DNA of 64,000 nt from Rhizophagus irregularis (taxonomy: Eukaryota), in contig NC_089429.1 in assembly GCF_026210795.1 (NCBI RefSeq), positions 682,001-746,000 on the forward strand, given 5' to 3'. Below, in pieces: positions 46,095-59,954 of this stretch. Within the stretch, counting starts at the first letter, position 1; every line of letters starts with the position of its first letter. The notes under the pieces are model-generated. The model did no database searches, was not told the origin of the DNA, and worked only from the letters and a program-made list of their open reading frames with translations. The translations under genes were made by a program, and so were the position numbers.

Positions 46095-47047
46095 TTTTCG
46101 GAGTTGTACAATTTATCTAGTATTACATAAAAAGACAACAAAAGAACAAACATAACATGTAAATCATTCCTTTTTTTTCAAATAATTGTTTTAATTACGC
46201 ACCTATAGACTAACTATATAAGATTAGCTCCTTTTGTCAATCGGGTGGGTGGGTGTAATTCCGGCCTGCCGATCCTTCATTTGCTACAGCGTACCGCCGT
46301 ACCGCGTACCACATCTCATAATGTATAAATAATTTGAATTGTGTAACATGAAAACCCGTGCCATGATATGAAAACCCTGTGACATACTTGCGCCTCCTTA
46401 CCTGTTACTATTACACTGAATCGTTACGTAATAATTTCATTAAAAACATTTTTTTTATTAAACCATATATTTTTTATTTAAACATATATTTGTGATCAAT
46501 CATTACATCCTAAAAAAAAAAATAATAATTATAATTCTACAGAAATTCTTCTCTTGGATATTTTTAGTAGAAATAATAAATTGAATGGTTTTTTTATAAT
46601 CTTTCATGTTTATTATTCGCCACGTTGTTTATTCAATTGAAAATAACTAAATTGACTTCAGTCATCAATCATGTATTTTTGTTTATATTGATTTTAAATA
46701 AGATTTAAAAATAACAACAAATTAATATAATCTATTGAATAATAATCATTGATTTTGTTTATCAAATTAATCAAGGATATTATCTATTCATTAATTATGA
46801 CAATCAAATTTGTTAAACACAAATTTGTATTCGCTGAAAAAAAAAATAAAATAAAAAATTTTTAATTTTAAATTATTATACTAAGTATAGAAATATTTCT
46901 TCTTTTTTTGGTTGTGGGCGTAAAATATTACGACAAAATTTATGTGGGACAACATGAAATTTTGATCAACAATTTGCATTTCACTAATTTATCAAGTAAA
47001 TGAACTTAAAATAATTCATTCATTCTCTCTTTCTTGTTGATTACATT

Positions 47048-49619
47048 ATGTCCACTCTTCGATATGAATTAATTGCTGCAACAATGAATAGTGCAGATAC
47101 ATTAACAGATACTAATATTTACAATAATATACACAAACAATTTGAATTTAAAAAACAAACAGTTTTTGCTGATAAAATTCTTACAAATGATGAAAAAACT
47201 TATGCAATAAGATGGATAACTAAAAGTTATGATCGAGATAAAGTTATGGATAATGATGGTACAAAAAGAATTTGTGAAAATTGTAAGCAAGAATGTTTAG
47301 CCACATTATATTGTGAATATTGTGTTCGAAATTATTTAAAAGAAGATTTTTCAAATTGGACATCTGGAAATGATGTTATTGATAATTTAATACAGAAATG
47401 TCAAATGGAATCACTCATGCCAAGCAAAGTAGTTGAATGGATCCCATATAGTTATTTAGAAAATATTAAATATTTAACAAAAGGCGGATTCTCAGAAATT
47501 TATACAGCAGATTGGATTAATGGATATTATGATGAATGGGATTCTGAAAAAAAACAATTGAAAAGAATAGAAAGACCTGGAATACATAATCTAGTGACAA
47601 AAGTAGTACTTAAAACGTTAGAAAATGTTGAAAGTGCAAATCAAAGTTGGTTTGAAGAGGTTTGTATAATTTTATTCTAAATTTTAAAATTTTATGTTTT
47701 TTCTACAATAACATGTTGTCATTTAGGCTAAATCACATTTAACCATAAGTAATAAATGGCCGGTTGTTGTTCGATGTTATGGTTTAACACAAAATCCATC
47801 AAATGGAAATTATATGCTTGTAATATATAAAATGGATATAGATTTAAGAAAATATTTACAACAAAATCATAATCAACTTACATGGAAAGATAGAATGAAA
47901 ATTATTGATGAAATAACTGTTGCACTTTATTATATTCATAAAGAGAAAGCAATTCATAGAGATTTGCATTCTGGAAATATATTATATTCACAATTTAATA
48001 ATTCTTGGTGTGTTAGTGATCTTGGATTTTGTGGACCTGCTGATAAATCTTCAACAAGTATATATGGAAATCTTCCTTACATAGCACCCGAAGTTATTGT
48101 TGGAAGAGAATATACTTTTGCATCTGATATTTATAGTATTGCAATTCTTATGTGGGAAATTTCATCTGGACAAACACCATTTATAAATTATGAACATGAA
48201 AATGATATTGTAATGAATATTATTAACGGTATAAGGCCAAAAATTGTGCCAGGAACTCCATTAGAATATAAAAATTTAATGAAAGAATGTTGGGATGCTG
48301 ACCCATTAAAAAGACCTAATATACTTACACTTTGGAACAAAATAAACAATATTAACTTACATTATCAAAATATGTCAGATGAATTATTTAAATCAGAAAT
48401 GGATAATTTAGAAATGAATAAAGTAGAAGAAAATTATACGAGTAGCAGATTATTTACAAGTAAAATTCATAACTTTGGAAATCTACCTGAACCAAGAAAT
48501 GCAACAGAAGGTATAAGTGTATAATATTTATTAATGAATATATTTCCCTATAAAAAAAGAAAATTCGGAATTTGTCCTGAAAAGTATGGAAAATGTCCGG
48601 AAATTTTCCGTGCGTCCGGAAAACATTCGGAAACGGTCACGTTTTGGAACATTTTCCGGACGCACAAATTCCAGACATTTTCTTGACACTCCAGAATTTG
48701 TCCAGAATTTGTCCAGAATCGAGCGTCCGGAAAATGTTCCAAAACATGACCGTTTCCGAATGTTTTCCGGACGCATGGAAAATTTCCGGACATTTTCCAT
48801 ACTTTTCAGGACAAATTCCGAATTTTCTTTTTTTATAGGGTTTATTTTAAAATACATTATTAATGTTATCTTTTTATTATAATAGAAGAACAAGAAGGTA
48901 TAACCGTATAAATAATAATTTCTACCATTTTTGGTTACTATCATAATTTAATTTTAAATACTTTATTTACTGCTGATAGTGTTTCATAGTAAATTGTATG
49001 ATTTTAACATTCCTAACGATAGTAAGTATTTAATAACATTATAGTGTTGAATTATCATATAATGATGTTTAATGATTAATTTTTTATTTTAGTTAACGAC
49101 TTTAATAAATCAAATGAGCAGAATAGTAGCAAGTCATCAAAAGTAATAACTATTTTTAGAGGTAATATATTTTAATTATTTTCAAATCGAGATTAATTTA
49201 TATATTAAATTTATATCTTAATTTTTAGATAGTAATAAAAAATTATCCAAATTATTTAAAAAGTTGCAAATAAAGTCAAATGGTAAGTAAATTACTAACA
49301 AATAAAGTTACTATATCAATTTCATTTATTAAACGCGACTTTTATTTAAAATTTAGATGACGAAAAAGAAAAAACTCAAAAATATGTCAATGGTAGGTGA
49401 AAATTTTACGTAATAACGAACGATTTTAATACTGTTTTAATTATATTTACTTATCTATTACAGATGATGACGAAGTATATAATAATCCAAACCTTCATTC
49501 AAAAGAGCAAGATGAACTGGAAATTCCTGATGGTAAGCTCTTAAAATAAAGTAGAAAAAATAAATTTCTTTTATAAAGCAAATAATTAATCTATTTTTTA
49601 TCTTTTAGATGGATTTTAA
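47048..49619 (+). CDS. Tyrosine-kinase-like protein kinase (Glomeromycotina expanded family), multi-exon
   Basis: WTSGN..IDNLIQ, EWIPY, KGGFSEIY, VVLK, HRDLHSGNIL, SDLG, PYIAPE, DIYS; short 3' exons ending EIPDDGF*. Confidence 0.9.
48546..48840. mobile_element. Near-perfect palindromic MITE in a kinase intron (CCCTATAAAA termini, TTT TSD)
   Basis: Arms of about 120 bp are almost exact reverse complements; 3-bp TSD. Confidence 0.92.
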
Positions 49620-50084
49620 ATTGTCTTTTTTATAAATCAAATTAACAATATTTTTTTTTATATTTTAAATTATTATCACATAATTTATTTATCATGGATT
49701 ATTTAAACACTAAGACTAGAGTAGTAAATGTTTTACAAAATTCTTAGTGTGTAATTTAAATAATTTTAATAAATTTATTCAAATTATTAAATGTATTGAT
49801 TTAGGCGAAAATTAAGTATCTTAACGTAAATTTATGTTATAAACATTATAGAATCATGACAGATTATTCCCATTCGTTATACATGAATTTATTAAAACAA
49901 GTTGAAAGAATCAACCTCATGAAAGTATAACAAGATATTGTGCACACGTTCTATATTAAAAAATTTGTTTTTGATTTTTTACAATAACCTCTTGTTAATT
50001 CCATAAAATTTATTATGTGCATGATCAATATACTGTATATAATAAAATACATAATTCTCATAATAATTAATAAAAATTTTTGGG

Positions 50085-50900
50085 AATTGCTAACCGATCA
50101 TCGCCTGGGTTTTTTTTTCAAATATGTCACATGATGTACAATATATAGTAAATCGGCTGATGGCTGATTTTTTTAACTTTTTTTTAAAATTTTGTTGCGA
50201 AGATATTTTTAAAAAAAATTTTTTACAAACATATTTATTCAAAATAATCTTATTTAATGAAATTTTATTTTTATTTGCAAATATTAAAATTTAAGTCACA
50301 CATTTACGATTTTAAAGAAAAAAATCACCGTATTTATTTTTAATGAAGTAAAAAAAAACAATAACAATAAATAAAAAAGATAAGTAAATTACAATGATCA
50401 AGGAGAAAGATAGATGCTAATAAAAAAAATGAAACAACAATGGACGAAAAAGAGTAATGAAAAGTGATAGGAAACAAAAAGGAGAAATAGGACATGATGA
50501 GAGATGAAAAGGAGTGATGGGAGACGAAGAGGAGTGATGGGAGGTAAAAAGGAGTGATGGGAGACGATAAGAAGTGATGAGAGACAAAAGAAGTGATGGG
50601 AGACGAAGAGGAGTGATGGAAGGTAAAAGGGTGATGGGAGACGAAAAGAAGTGATAGGAGACGAAAATTAGTGATGGAAGACGAAAAGAAGTGATGGAAG
50701 ACGATAAGGAGCGATGGAAGACGAAAAGAAGTGATGGGAAGATGAAGAGGAGTTGATGGGAGACGAAAAGGAGTGATGAGAGGCAAAAGGAAATTATGGG
50801 AAGTAAACAGGAGAGAAAGAGAGATAATAGAAAATGAAAAGTTGTAATTAATAAAAAATCATCATTTTCAACAGTTCAATCACCATCATCGCCTACTAGT
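50085..50900 (+). repeat. Non-autonomous repeat with ~20-bp GAGACGAAAAGGAGTGATGG tandem array, ending CTAGT
   Basis: About 14 imperfect units at 50500-50790; upstream part similar to 4500-4640. Confidence 0.6.
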
Positions 50901-51108
50901 ACTCTCTTATATACGACACATCCTCAAGCAATTTATGCAAGTAAACTTTTAGATTTTAAAAATCTTCCCAAACCAAAAAATGCAGACAATGATGACTTAG
51001 AATATTCAGGTAATTTTAATTCAAAATAATTATTCAAATCTATTTATAATAATAATTATTCTTTATTTTACAGATTCCTTAAGAATGGATTTTACTAAAC
51101 TTGATTAG
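50895..51108 (+). pseudogene. Orphan 3' fragment of a TKL kinase gene
   Basis: YTTHPQAIYASKLLDFKNLPKPKN resembles YTSSRLFTSKIHNFGNLPEPRN of the 47048 kinase; retains an intron; no kinase core upstream. Confidence 0.65.
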
Positions 51109-53076
51109 TTCTAAAGGTAATTACTTTTGCATGTAACTTTTTATTAAATTTTAATTAAGCTATTTTTTTTTTATTATAGATTAAACACATTTTATTTTAA
51201 ATGAAAATACTGTATTTAGTATATAAAAAACATAACAGGTATAATTTATTCTTATTTCATTGATAATTTTTAATTTTATTCTGGGATATTTAACGGTACT
51301 AAGGCTCATATTATACATGTTGCCGAAACTCGGCAATTTCAGGATTCGGCCTTCGGCTAATCATTCCAAAAACGAAACTCCAGCCGAAAGTTGAAAGTTG
51401 GAAATTTTCTGGCCGGCATTATGCATTTTGGCCAGCATTATAAATTTTGTGTAACATTAATGTAACACGAAATTTCATTGATTTTAAACAAATTAATATT
51501 AAATTTATGTAATAAAAAAAATAAATAATAAATTATCTAATTTTGATTAATAAGATATAATTTGCCATAGAAATGATGGACATTTAACAATACAAATTTA
51601 TTGATCAATTATAATTACTACATAGAATAAGATAAAGAATTATAAATTAATTTAATTAAATTTACGATTATAAAAAAATAAATTTATACATATAAAAATG
51701 TATATTCCAACTTTTTTTAAAAAAAAATTCTTAATAAATAATAAAAAAAGAATGATAATAAAAAATACCTTGTACAATATTGATTTTTGTCAAATAAATT
51801 CAAAAGAGTTAGTCGAATTGGATTAACAAATTATATAGTTCAAAAAATGCATTTAAAACATCACTTCTTTTAACTCTTGAGATCATAACTTTTTGAATTA
51901 CAGAAAGTCACAAAAAAAAATACACTGAAGGAAATAGGAAGCTTGCGCAATAAAAGTTGTTCTTTACCTATTTAAAAGTAATAAAGTGGGTGTTTGATAA
52001 TTATTTGAAATCGTTCAGTGTAACGACTATAATGAATTTGCCTTCCTTCTTGTCTAGAACGCGTTTTATATATTTTATTCCTATTATTATCTGACGTATT
52101 AGAGTAAGTTTTTATTATATAAAATAATAATAATATTTTACATGTTTTTCAATAATAAAAACAAAGAATACAAATAAAAGTGGTATGATTTGTGAGTTTA
52201 TTTTTTTTAATGAGATCTGTCTAATAATTACATATTATATATTATTTATATCGATTATTAAATATTTATTTGGTCAAACAACTATTGACAAAATCAAAGA
52301 AATTATATTTGTAATTAAGAATTCATAAATCTTAATCATTTTGTTGTATTTTTTTTTTATTAATATTTATTTATATTATGTTATAATTTATATATTATTA
52401 TTACAAACAATCATAAATAGAACGAGTCATATAAAAATTTTTTTATGAATCAATCCACACTATGTCCTATTTAACGTAAAGATAGGTAAATTTTCTAAAT
52501 ATGTCACGTATATTATTCATTATCATTATGTAAAACTTGAGGTATTCATTTTACATCAAATCTAATCTTACTCATTATTACGACTTAGGTATATAATAGA
52601 TGTAATGTTAAATAAATTCAAAATAGTAAAAATTACAATAAAGTTGTAATATTTGTAATTTTAGTTAGTATCATATTAAATCATATAGCATAATACCAAA
52701 TAAATTGTTAGTAATTTTATGAAATATTATGACATTTAAATTTTATATTATGCGAAATTAATTTTCGAGATGCGATCTTTGAGAGTCATGTGATAAAACG
52801 AATCACGAGATGAGATAATTTTGGTATATTATGCAAATCAACTAATAAATGATACACTATACATAATTAGATATTATTTTCATGTTTAATATTTCTTATG
52901 TCAATAATGAGTCAGACTGATAATTTTTTTTACCTTAAGATGTCAGTCCAAGTCATAATGCTAAATAACATTATATATAAAACCCTCATGTTCTTGTTAA
53001 CAACAGTTTAACAAGGTTCACCATTAACTTCAACAAATTTCAACAATTTACCATTAACAAGAGCAAGGTTCACCAT

Positions 53077-54800
53077 GAACACTTCTAGCGCTTCCAAAAA
53101 TCATCCTTCTGGTAGTAAATTCTGTAAATTCTGCATTTAACATGATACATAAATTTACTAATGATATAATCTTTTTTTTTTAGCTATTATTTTCTCTTAT
53201 TTAGAGAGGTACTCAAAGCACTCATATCGAGGTTTTTTAAAGGTTTGTCATGACGAAGTTGTTGCCTCAACACCATTTTCGGATCATGACTGGCGAAATA
53301 TTGATGATTTTTGGGCTAATCAATTCTTAGTTGTAGCAAAGTTGCAATTAGATAATGAAGAAATTTTTATCTCTTTATTAGAAAAGGTGCGTATTATTTA
53401 TTTTGCAAAATAGGGTAACCCCTGGTTGGGGGTACTCCACTGTTGGGTACCTGCTAACCAGGGGAATTACTGGATTCGGATATTGCTTCTTAGTTCAGGT
53501 GTCCTATTTTGTTGTTAATAAGGGTCTACTAATTCTGGAGGAGGAACTGGTTATGTACCTTCCCTTGTTACTAAATAAAGACGCACTATTAACAGTAAAT
53601 GTGTTATTTCAGGTGAAATCAGAACGTAAAGGCAAGGGTTTGTATACATACTGGCAGAGAGTAATTGAGGAATTTGGAAGAGTGAGTAATAAAAATTATT
53701 AGAACCTCTTGGCAATGTTTATATGATTCATTATATATAAATTCATTATATATAAATATAGAAACGAAAATAAACTGCGATTGAAGCAAAGGAAAACAGT
53801 CAACCACAAACAAAAAAGAAGCCTTTTGAAGTAATTTCTTTGCCATCAGTTGTTAATAATACTTTACCAAATCTGACTTATCTTAATTTGCGTAATAAGT
53901 CAAATTCATGCACTAAATCCACAGAACTACGGATTCCCGATGAAATTGTAAATTGGATAGAATTTGAACAAGAAGTGCTAGCATGGCAACCGAAGGTAGA
54001 TAAGGAATACCAAAAACCAACATTTAGCCAGCGTCGTACAGTCACGTGTGAAAAAGATATATGTACAGCATCAGATATAAACATATATGAGACTTTAACT
54101 CCACTTGATCGATCAATCCTTTTCTTGGATAGTCGTGCTTTGGAAAGCATTGTCGGTCAACCAGATTTTATAATAGTTAATAGCAACATGGTACTACTCA
54201 TGATTTGGGAATGCAAAACTAAGTGGGTTTTAAAAGTACTTCCCCATGAAGATATTATCGCATTATATGTACAGGAAAAAGAGACTAAAGAAGGACCATA
54301 TGTTCGTTCTAATAATGATTCTTCAATATTTGGTTCCATAAATCAAGTTTACAGCTATATATGTGCTAATAGTTTAAAGTACTAAATACATTCCTTCTTT
54401 TGTTATGTCCAACTTTGATAGATTTTGATAGACTAATTGATTTTCTTCATACAAAAATAGGTATAGCGTTCTGTCAACATACGATCAAACTTGGTTTCTT
54501 AAAAGGGAAGCAGTGAAAGTAGAGGGGGAAGACCATACATCAACAAGTCCCACGTTGCTTAAATCTGTTGCATACATGATTGATCTCGCATCTAATGATC
54601 ATTATGCACCTTTTCTTAAAAAACCTATGATGACTGCTGATACCAATGAAGACGATAAAGATGATGAATCTATTCCTGAGAAAAAAGATGACAGCGAATT
54701 TAAGTATAAGGGGTATTTGCTCCCGAAAGGTCCAAATGTTGTAACTCGAAGCCAAAGTCGCCAGGTGCTTGGATCTTTAGACACTAACGTGGACCTATGA
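53077..54800 (+). CDS. Multi-exon gene or pseudogene with PD-(D/E)xK restriction-endonuclease-like domain
   Basis: GQPDFIIV...IWECKTKW...INQVYSY...YSVLSTYDQTWFLKR across an intron; apparent in-frame TGA near 53782. Confidence 0.6.
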
Positions 54801-56075
54801 TATGGGAATTATTTTAATATGCATATTTAACATATTTTACATATTAACAAATTGTTGCTAGTCTCAGGACCGAATGATTGGATGAAAATGGGCCATTTTC
54901 ACCAATCAATGAAGGTCCCTGTAACCGATGCCCACACCCAATAAATGTGTTATCTCGTTCTGACGTTTTTGATCATGTATTAATTAATAACATCATAAAT
55001 TCACTTTATAAGCTTTATTTAAACTTTTCCTACAAAATATTCATTTACACCATGATGTCTTTTTTACTCCACTTTATTACATCAATCATGCACTATTGTT
55101 ATGCCTAATAAAAATATCGGTCTATAAAAATCTGCATGATCCTATTGGGCTGAACGATAATATTTGAAAAGTTGAACTTATCAACGAAAAATAAATAGTC
55201 ATTAATATTTGCTTTTCAGAGTACGAGTCTCTTTGATGTCAATGATGTCAATGAAAAATTCTGTAATACCTTTTTTAAATCTGTATCGGGGTATATTGGG
55301 AATCTATTATCCGGCGCCTCTGATATATTGTTCAAATATATCAATTATTTACTAGTTCCAATATCTTTTTTATTTTACTAAAATAAGTTTATATATATAA
55401 TTATAAATGTAAAATTGTATTAGCAAAAATTATTATTATTATGAATATGTTATAAAATAATACATTATTTGAGATAAAAAATTTGCTAAGCAGATTTTCT
55501 TTTTTCCTAATAATCTTATTATTGAAAGAAAAAACAAAATGATATCAAAGAAATGATTATATAATTCATCAAAGTTACATTCATATTTATCTATTTTTAG
55601 CATAATATTTAATTAATAAGATTCGCTTGCTTTGTACTATTTTAATCATCATGGATTTTCTTTTGTGTGACCCAAAAAGAAATATTTCATATTCCGATTA
55701 GATTTTTATGGTTAACCATATTTATGATCTTTTCTAAAACAAAAATAGTGTTGTTAAAACATAATAAATAATGGAATAATTCCTCCGAATAATCCTGATT
55801 TATTTCTTTCTTCTATATCCGAAAATCATTATGACTTTGTTAGAATTCAACTTTATTAGATGATTTTGGCGTTAATTATAACGATACTTTTTTAATCCGA
55901 TTTTTTTTGTTCCATTCTCCGAAAATAATGAATTATTAAATTACATATATACATAAAAAATTTTCTCAATATGGTTCTTCACAATTTCGAGGTTTATAAA
56001 TTTTTTTTTTCCTAAAATATAAAAATTATTTATTATTTTTTTTTATTCTGAAAGTTAGATATCAAATACGAAATC

Positions 56076-58953
56076 ATGTCTAAGAATATTACCCTTTCCT
56101 GTCTTATTCAAGGGACAAGCCTTGATAAGTATTTCAAGATTACTATCGATAAGAATAGTGACATTTCTGACCTTAAGGAAACCATTTGGAATAAAAACAA
56201 GAACACCTTTTCCAGTATTGATGCTAACAGCCTAATTCTATGGAAAGTAAGAATCCCCATCAGCGATAAGGAGAAGTTCAAACAACTTAACTTCAACGAG
56301 TCAACTATCGAGGGTGATTTAAGTGGTACTAAGATAGATGATGCAACGGATGAAGTTAAAGATGTCTTTTGCGATTCTCCCATAGGAAAACATATTCATA
56401 TTATCATTGGACAATCTATCACTGAAAACTCTACAACTACCACACACGCATTGAATCAAGAGACGCAAAGTTTAGCTCAACAGACGGGAGCAATGTATTC
56501 GAAAGGTATGTGAAGAAAAATTCCTGCTGTAATCACAAATTTACGATAGTGACAATTTTTTATCATCAATATAATGACAACCTATTATATTTTAAAGAAG
56601 AATCGAACGAACGTAACGGTAGAAGCTTATTTTCAGGTAATTATTTATCTTTAAAGATTACTATTTAAACAGATTAAAAGTTTAGTTAATAAGAAGCTTA
56701 GTTATGCCCCTACGACTTTACCAAGCTCACAAATATTTTCATTAAATGAAAAAAAGTGATATTTATAGTGTTGCTATATTATTCTGAGAAATTTCTAATG
56801 ACCATCCTCCTTCTTATACCGAACAATACGATTTCAATTTGGCTTGTTTATTTCAACAAGTTTTTATTTTTCTTAAAATCGAAATATATTTATACTGATT
56901 TAAATATACCATCTCACTCATTTCTCAAAGACAATCTTTTTTTTAACCGTGAAACATCTGACATTTCCAAAAATGACCAACCCGATAAGAAAAATTCTTG
57001 TGAATATATTACTAATACGAGATCCAGACAATCATCACTTAACAACTCATCACAATCTGATTTTAGACTAGGTATTTTTTTGATGAAACTTTTTTTTTTA
57101 TATTAATAATTAAAAATTATTAACGCAAAGTCAATTTTCTAAAAAGGTTTAAATTATGATGAAACAAATCCATTCGGACTTTCGTTATTTGATCAAAATA
57201 GACAGAATAATGAAATTAATAATCGAGCTGGATTTAATCTATCCGGTCAATCGTCATGTACTTGCAAAATTCTTTTATTGGGTGGAACTGGAACCGGAAA
57301 GTCAACGATCATTAATATGATGGCAAATTATTTTCTGGGTGGTACTTTAGAAAATCCAAAAGTTGTTATTCCAACTAAATACTTTAAAGTTACTGAAAAT
57401 GGTACTATTTTAAAATCGTTATAAAATTATTTTAAAATTCAGTTTATTGATGGTATTAATTTTCTTTATCATAATCTTATTTTAGCTTTTGGAAGAAATG
57501 ATACTGAAGCGAAAGTTGGAGATGTAACCAGAAGCCAAACTACAAAATGCTGCAACTACGAATTTAAACACCCAGAAAATCCATCTTGTAATTTTGTCTT
57601 CATCGATACTCCAGGAATGAGCGATACGAATGGTATAGAGCAAGATGACAAGAATATTCAAGAGATTATTAATACAGCAATTGATGCCGGATCATTAACT
57701 GCCATCATTATTATTGCTAGTGGTACCGAAGCTAGAGTAACTCCAACAATAAAAAATACTTTAACTCGCCTAGCGAACAATCTTCCTGATGAAATTATCT
57801 CAAATAATCTCTTACTTATTTTAACGAAGTGTACAAAATCTAGTGCTAGTTTCTCTGAGGATGCTTTTGCAAAAGAAATCGTAAAACCAAAGGTTAGTAT
57901 ATCATTTCTTTTCTCTAATAAACAATTAAAAAAATTATGTTACATTTAATCGAATCTTATTCTCTATTTCTAGAAAATTTTTTATATGGACAACCAAATT
58001 TTCTGCGCCGATCCTCAAATTTGGCTAAATGATGATGATGAATATTCTACCGTTAAACACCAATGGGATAAATCTTTTAAAACATTCAGTAATCTCTTAA
58101 AAATAATCCCAGAAATGAATGATACTTCAACTAAAGCCTTTACAAAAATGAGAGAACTTCGTAATAAAATTAAATCGGAAATCGTTACAATTTCTCAAAT
58201 CACCACAAATATTCAACAAGTACAAGACAAACTTGAAGCCGCCTATAAAGCTTTGCAGAAAACTGGCGATCAAAAAAATTCATTCGCTAACTATACAACA
58301 ACTGAAGAAATAACAATTAAGAAACCAATTCAAAAAGATACTAAAGACACACTTTGTACCACTCATATGAGAGATGGAATAATTTGTCATGAAAATTGTC
58401 AACTTGAATTTAATTTTGAAAGTGGATCAAATAATTTTATTAGTTGTTCTTGTATGGGACAAGATGGTAAATGTAAAGTATGTGGATGTGGCCCTTCAAG
58501 GTACTAATAATAATTTTTAAATTTGTTTTCATATTTTATCAACATTGATATTAATACTAATTTCTCATTTGCTTATAAAGTCACTATCATGATAACACTG
58601 AAATGGTAACCGAAACTAAGACAATTGAAAAAGTTCTTGAAGATATAAAAGCGAAATATGACTTGGCCGATCAAAATCATAAAGTGATTAGTAATCATGC
58701 AACCCGATTCCAAGAATCATTCGCTAATCTCCAAGATCAAGCAAATGCTAATTATGATAAAATTCTCCAACTTTGCACCGATCTTAGTAAGATTTGTTCT
58801 CGATTCAACTTTGTTGATGAACTTCATGCGAATATTGAGAATATGCGGATGGATGCAAGAAACATACAGAGCATTGATATACGAACGAAGGCTGAATCAG
58901 ATATTAGGAATCTTGAAACTTTTATTAACGGTTTATCAAATAGAATAGTTTAG
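56076..58953 (+). CDS. Crinkler-N + GTPase protein, paralog 2
   Basis: Same motifs and intron positions as paralog 1. Confidence 0.85.
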
Positions 58954-59759
58954 ATTTATATGCGTTAGTTAAAATTTCGATTAAATAGTTTAAAAGTTTT
59001 TTTTTAATTATTAAATAAAATCTTTTAGAAAAATCAAATGCTTTATACAATGAAGATTAGTTAAATAAAGTTGTCCATTTATTTTTTAACGTACTTTCAA
59101 AAAGATTATATCCAATTTTAATTCGTTTCAACTCATGTGAATCAGTCAGTAAATCTCAAAATCGTTATACAAATTGTAGAGCGAGATCACGGAACTTAAT
59201 TAGAATGTAGCGTGATGCAGCCAAGATAATAATTTCCTATTACAAATCAAATGTTATCACATCAAGGGTTGGATTTGTTTGTTCGTAATGGCAGTTTTTT
59301 TTTTTACTTTATTGATAACACTAATGACAACAATTGATATATTATGCATCCTGTAATCATCATAAAAAAAATTAGAAAATTCAATCGGGCAAATTAGAAA
59401 TATATAAAGACAAGTCTTTACTCGTGAATTTCATAAATGAATGGGATACAATATTGTTTTTTGCCCACGAAAATATTCTAAAAAAATTCCCAATAACGAG
59501 ACTGTGACCCAAGGTCACGGTTGCCTTATAATTTCCGCAGCTATTAACAAAATACCGCAAATGATCATATTTTCACTTCGGCGATATACTGACAGTCACT
59601 GTATGAAAGATAAAGAAGAATAAAAACGACATTTATAAGAAAATTTCAACATCTGGAACAACCTGAGATGCTTTTAGCCGATTTCCAATTAACTTAATCG
59701 AGCGGGCTCCATTCATACCTTCTTTGTTTAAGAGACGATTCTAGTTGTAAATGTTGTTG

Positions 59760-59954
59760 CCCTATAAAAACGAAATGTGTTGAATTTGTTTTATATTTGT
59801 GCTCGCGTGTAATAAATATCTAAAAAAGCCCCATTTTATCCGATTTATGTCTTATTACAAAAAAACAAAAATTAAACAAAATGGTGCTTTTTTAGACATT
59901 ATTACACATGAGCACGAATTTAAAATAAATTTAACACATTTCGTCTTTATAGGG
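59760..59954. mobile_element. MITE with CCCTATAAA termini and TTG TSD
   Basis: Long inverted arms CCCTATAAAAACGAAATGTGTT / AACACATTTCGTCTTTATAGGG; TTG on both flanks. Confidence 0.85.

Noticed and set aside
48531..48944. Four overlapping ORFs on both strands
   Set aside because: Artefact of the palindromic MITE
54860..55340. Degraded minus-strand coding-like fragments
   Set aside because: Multiple stops; not identifiable
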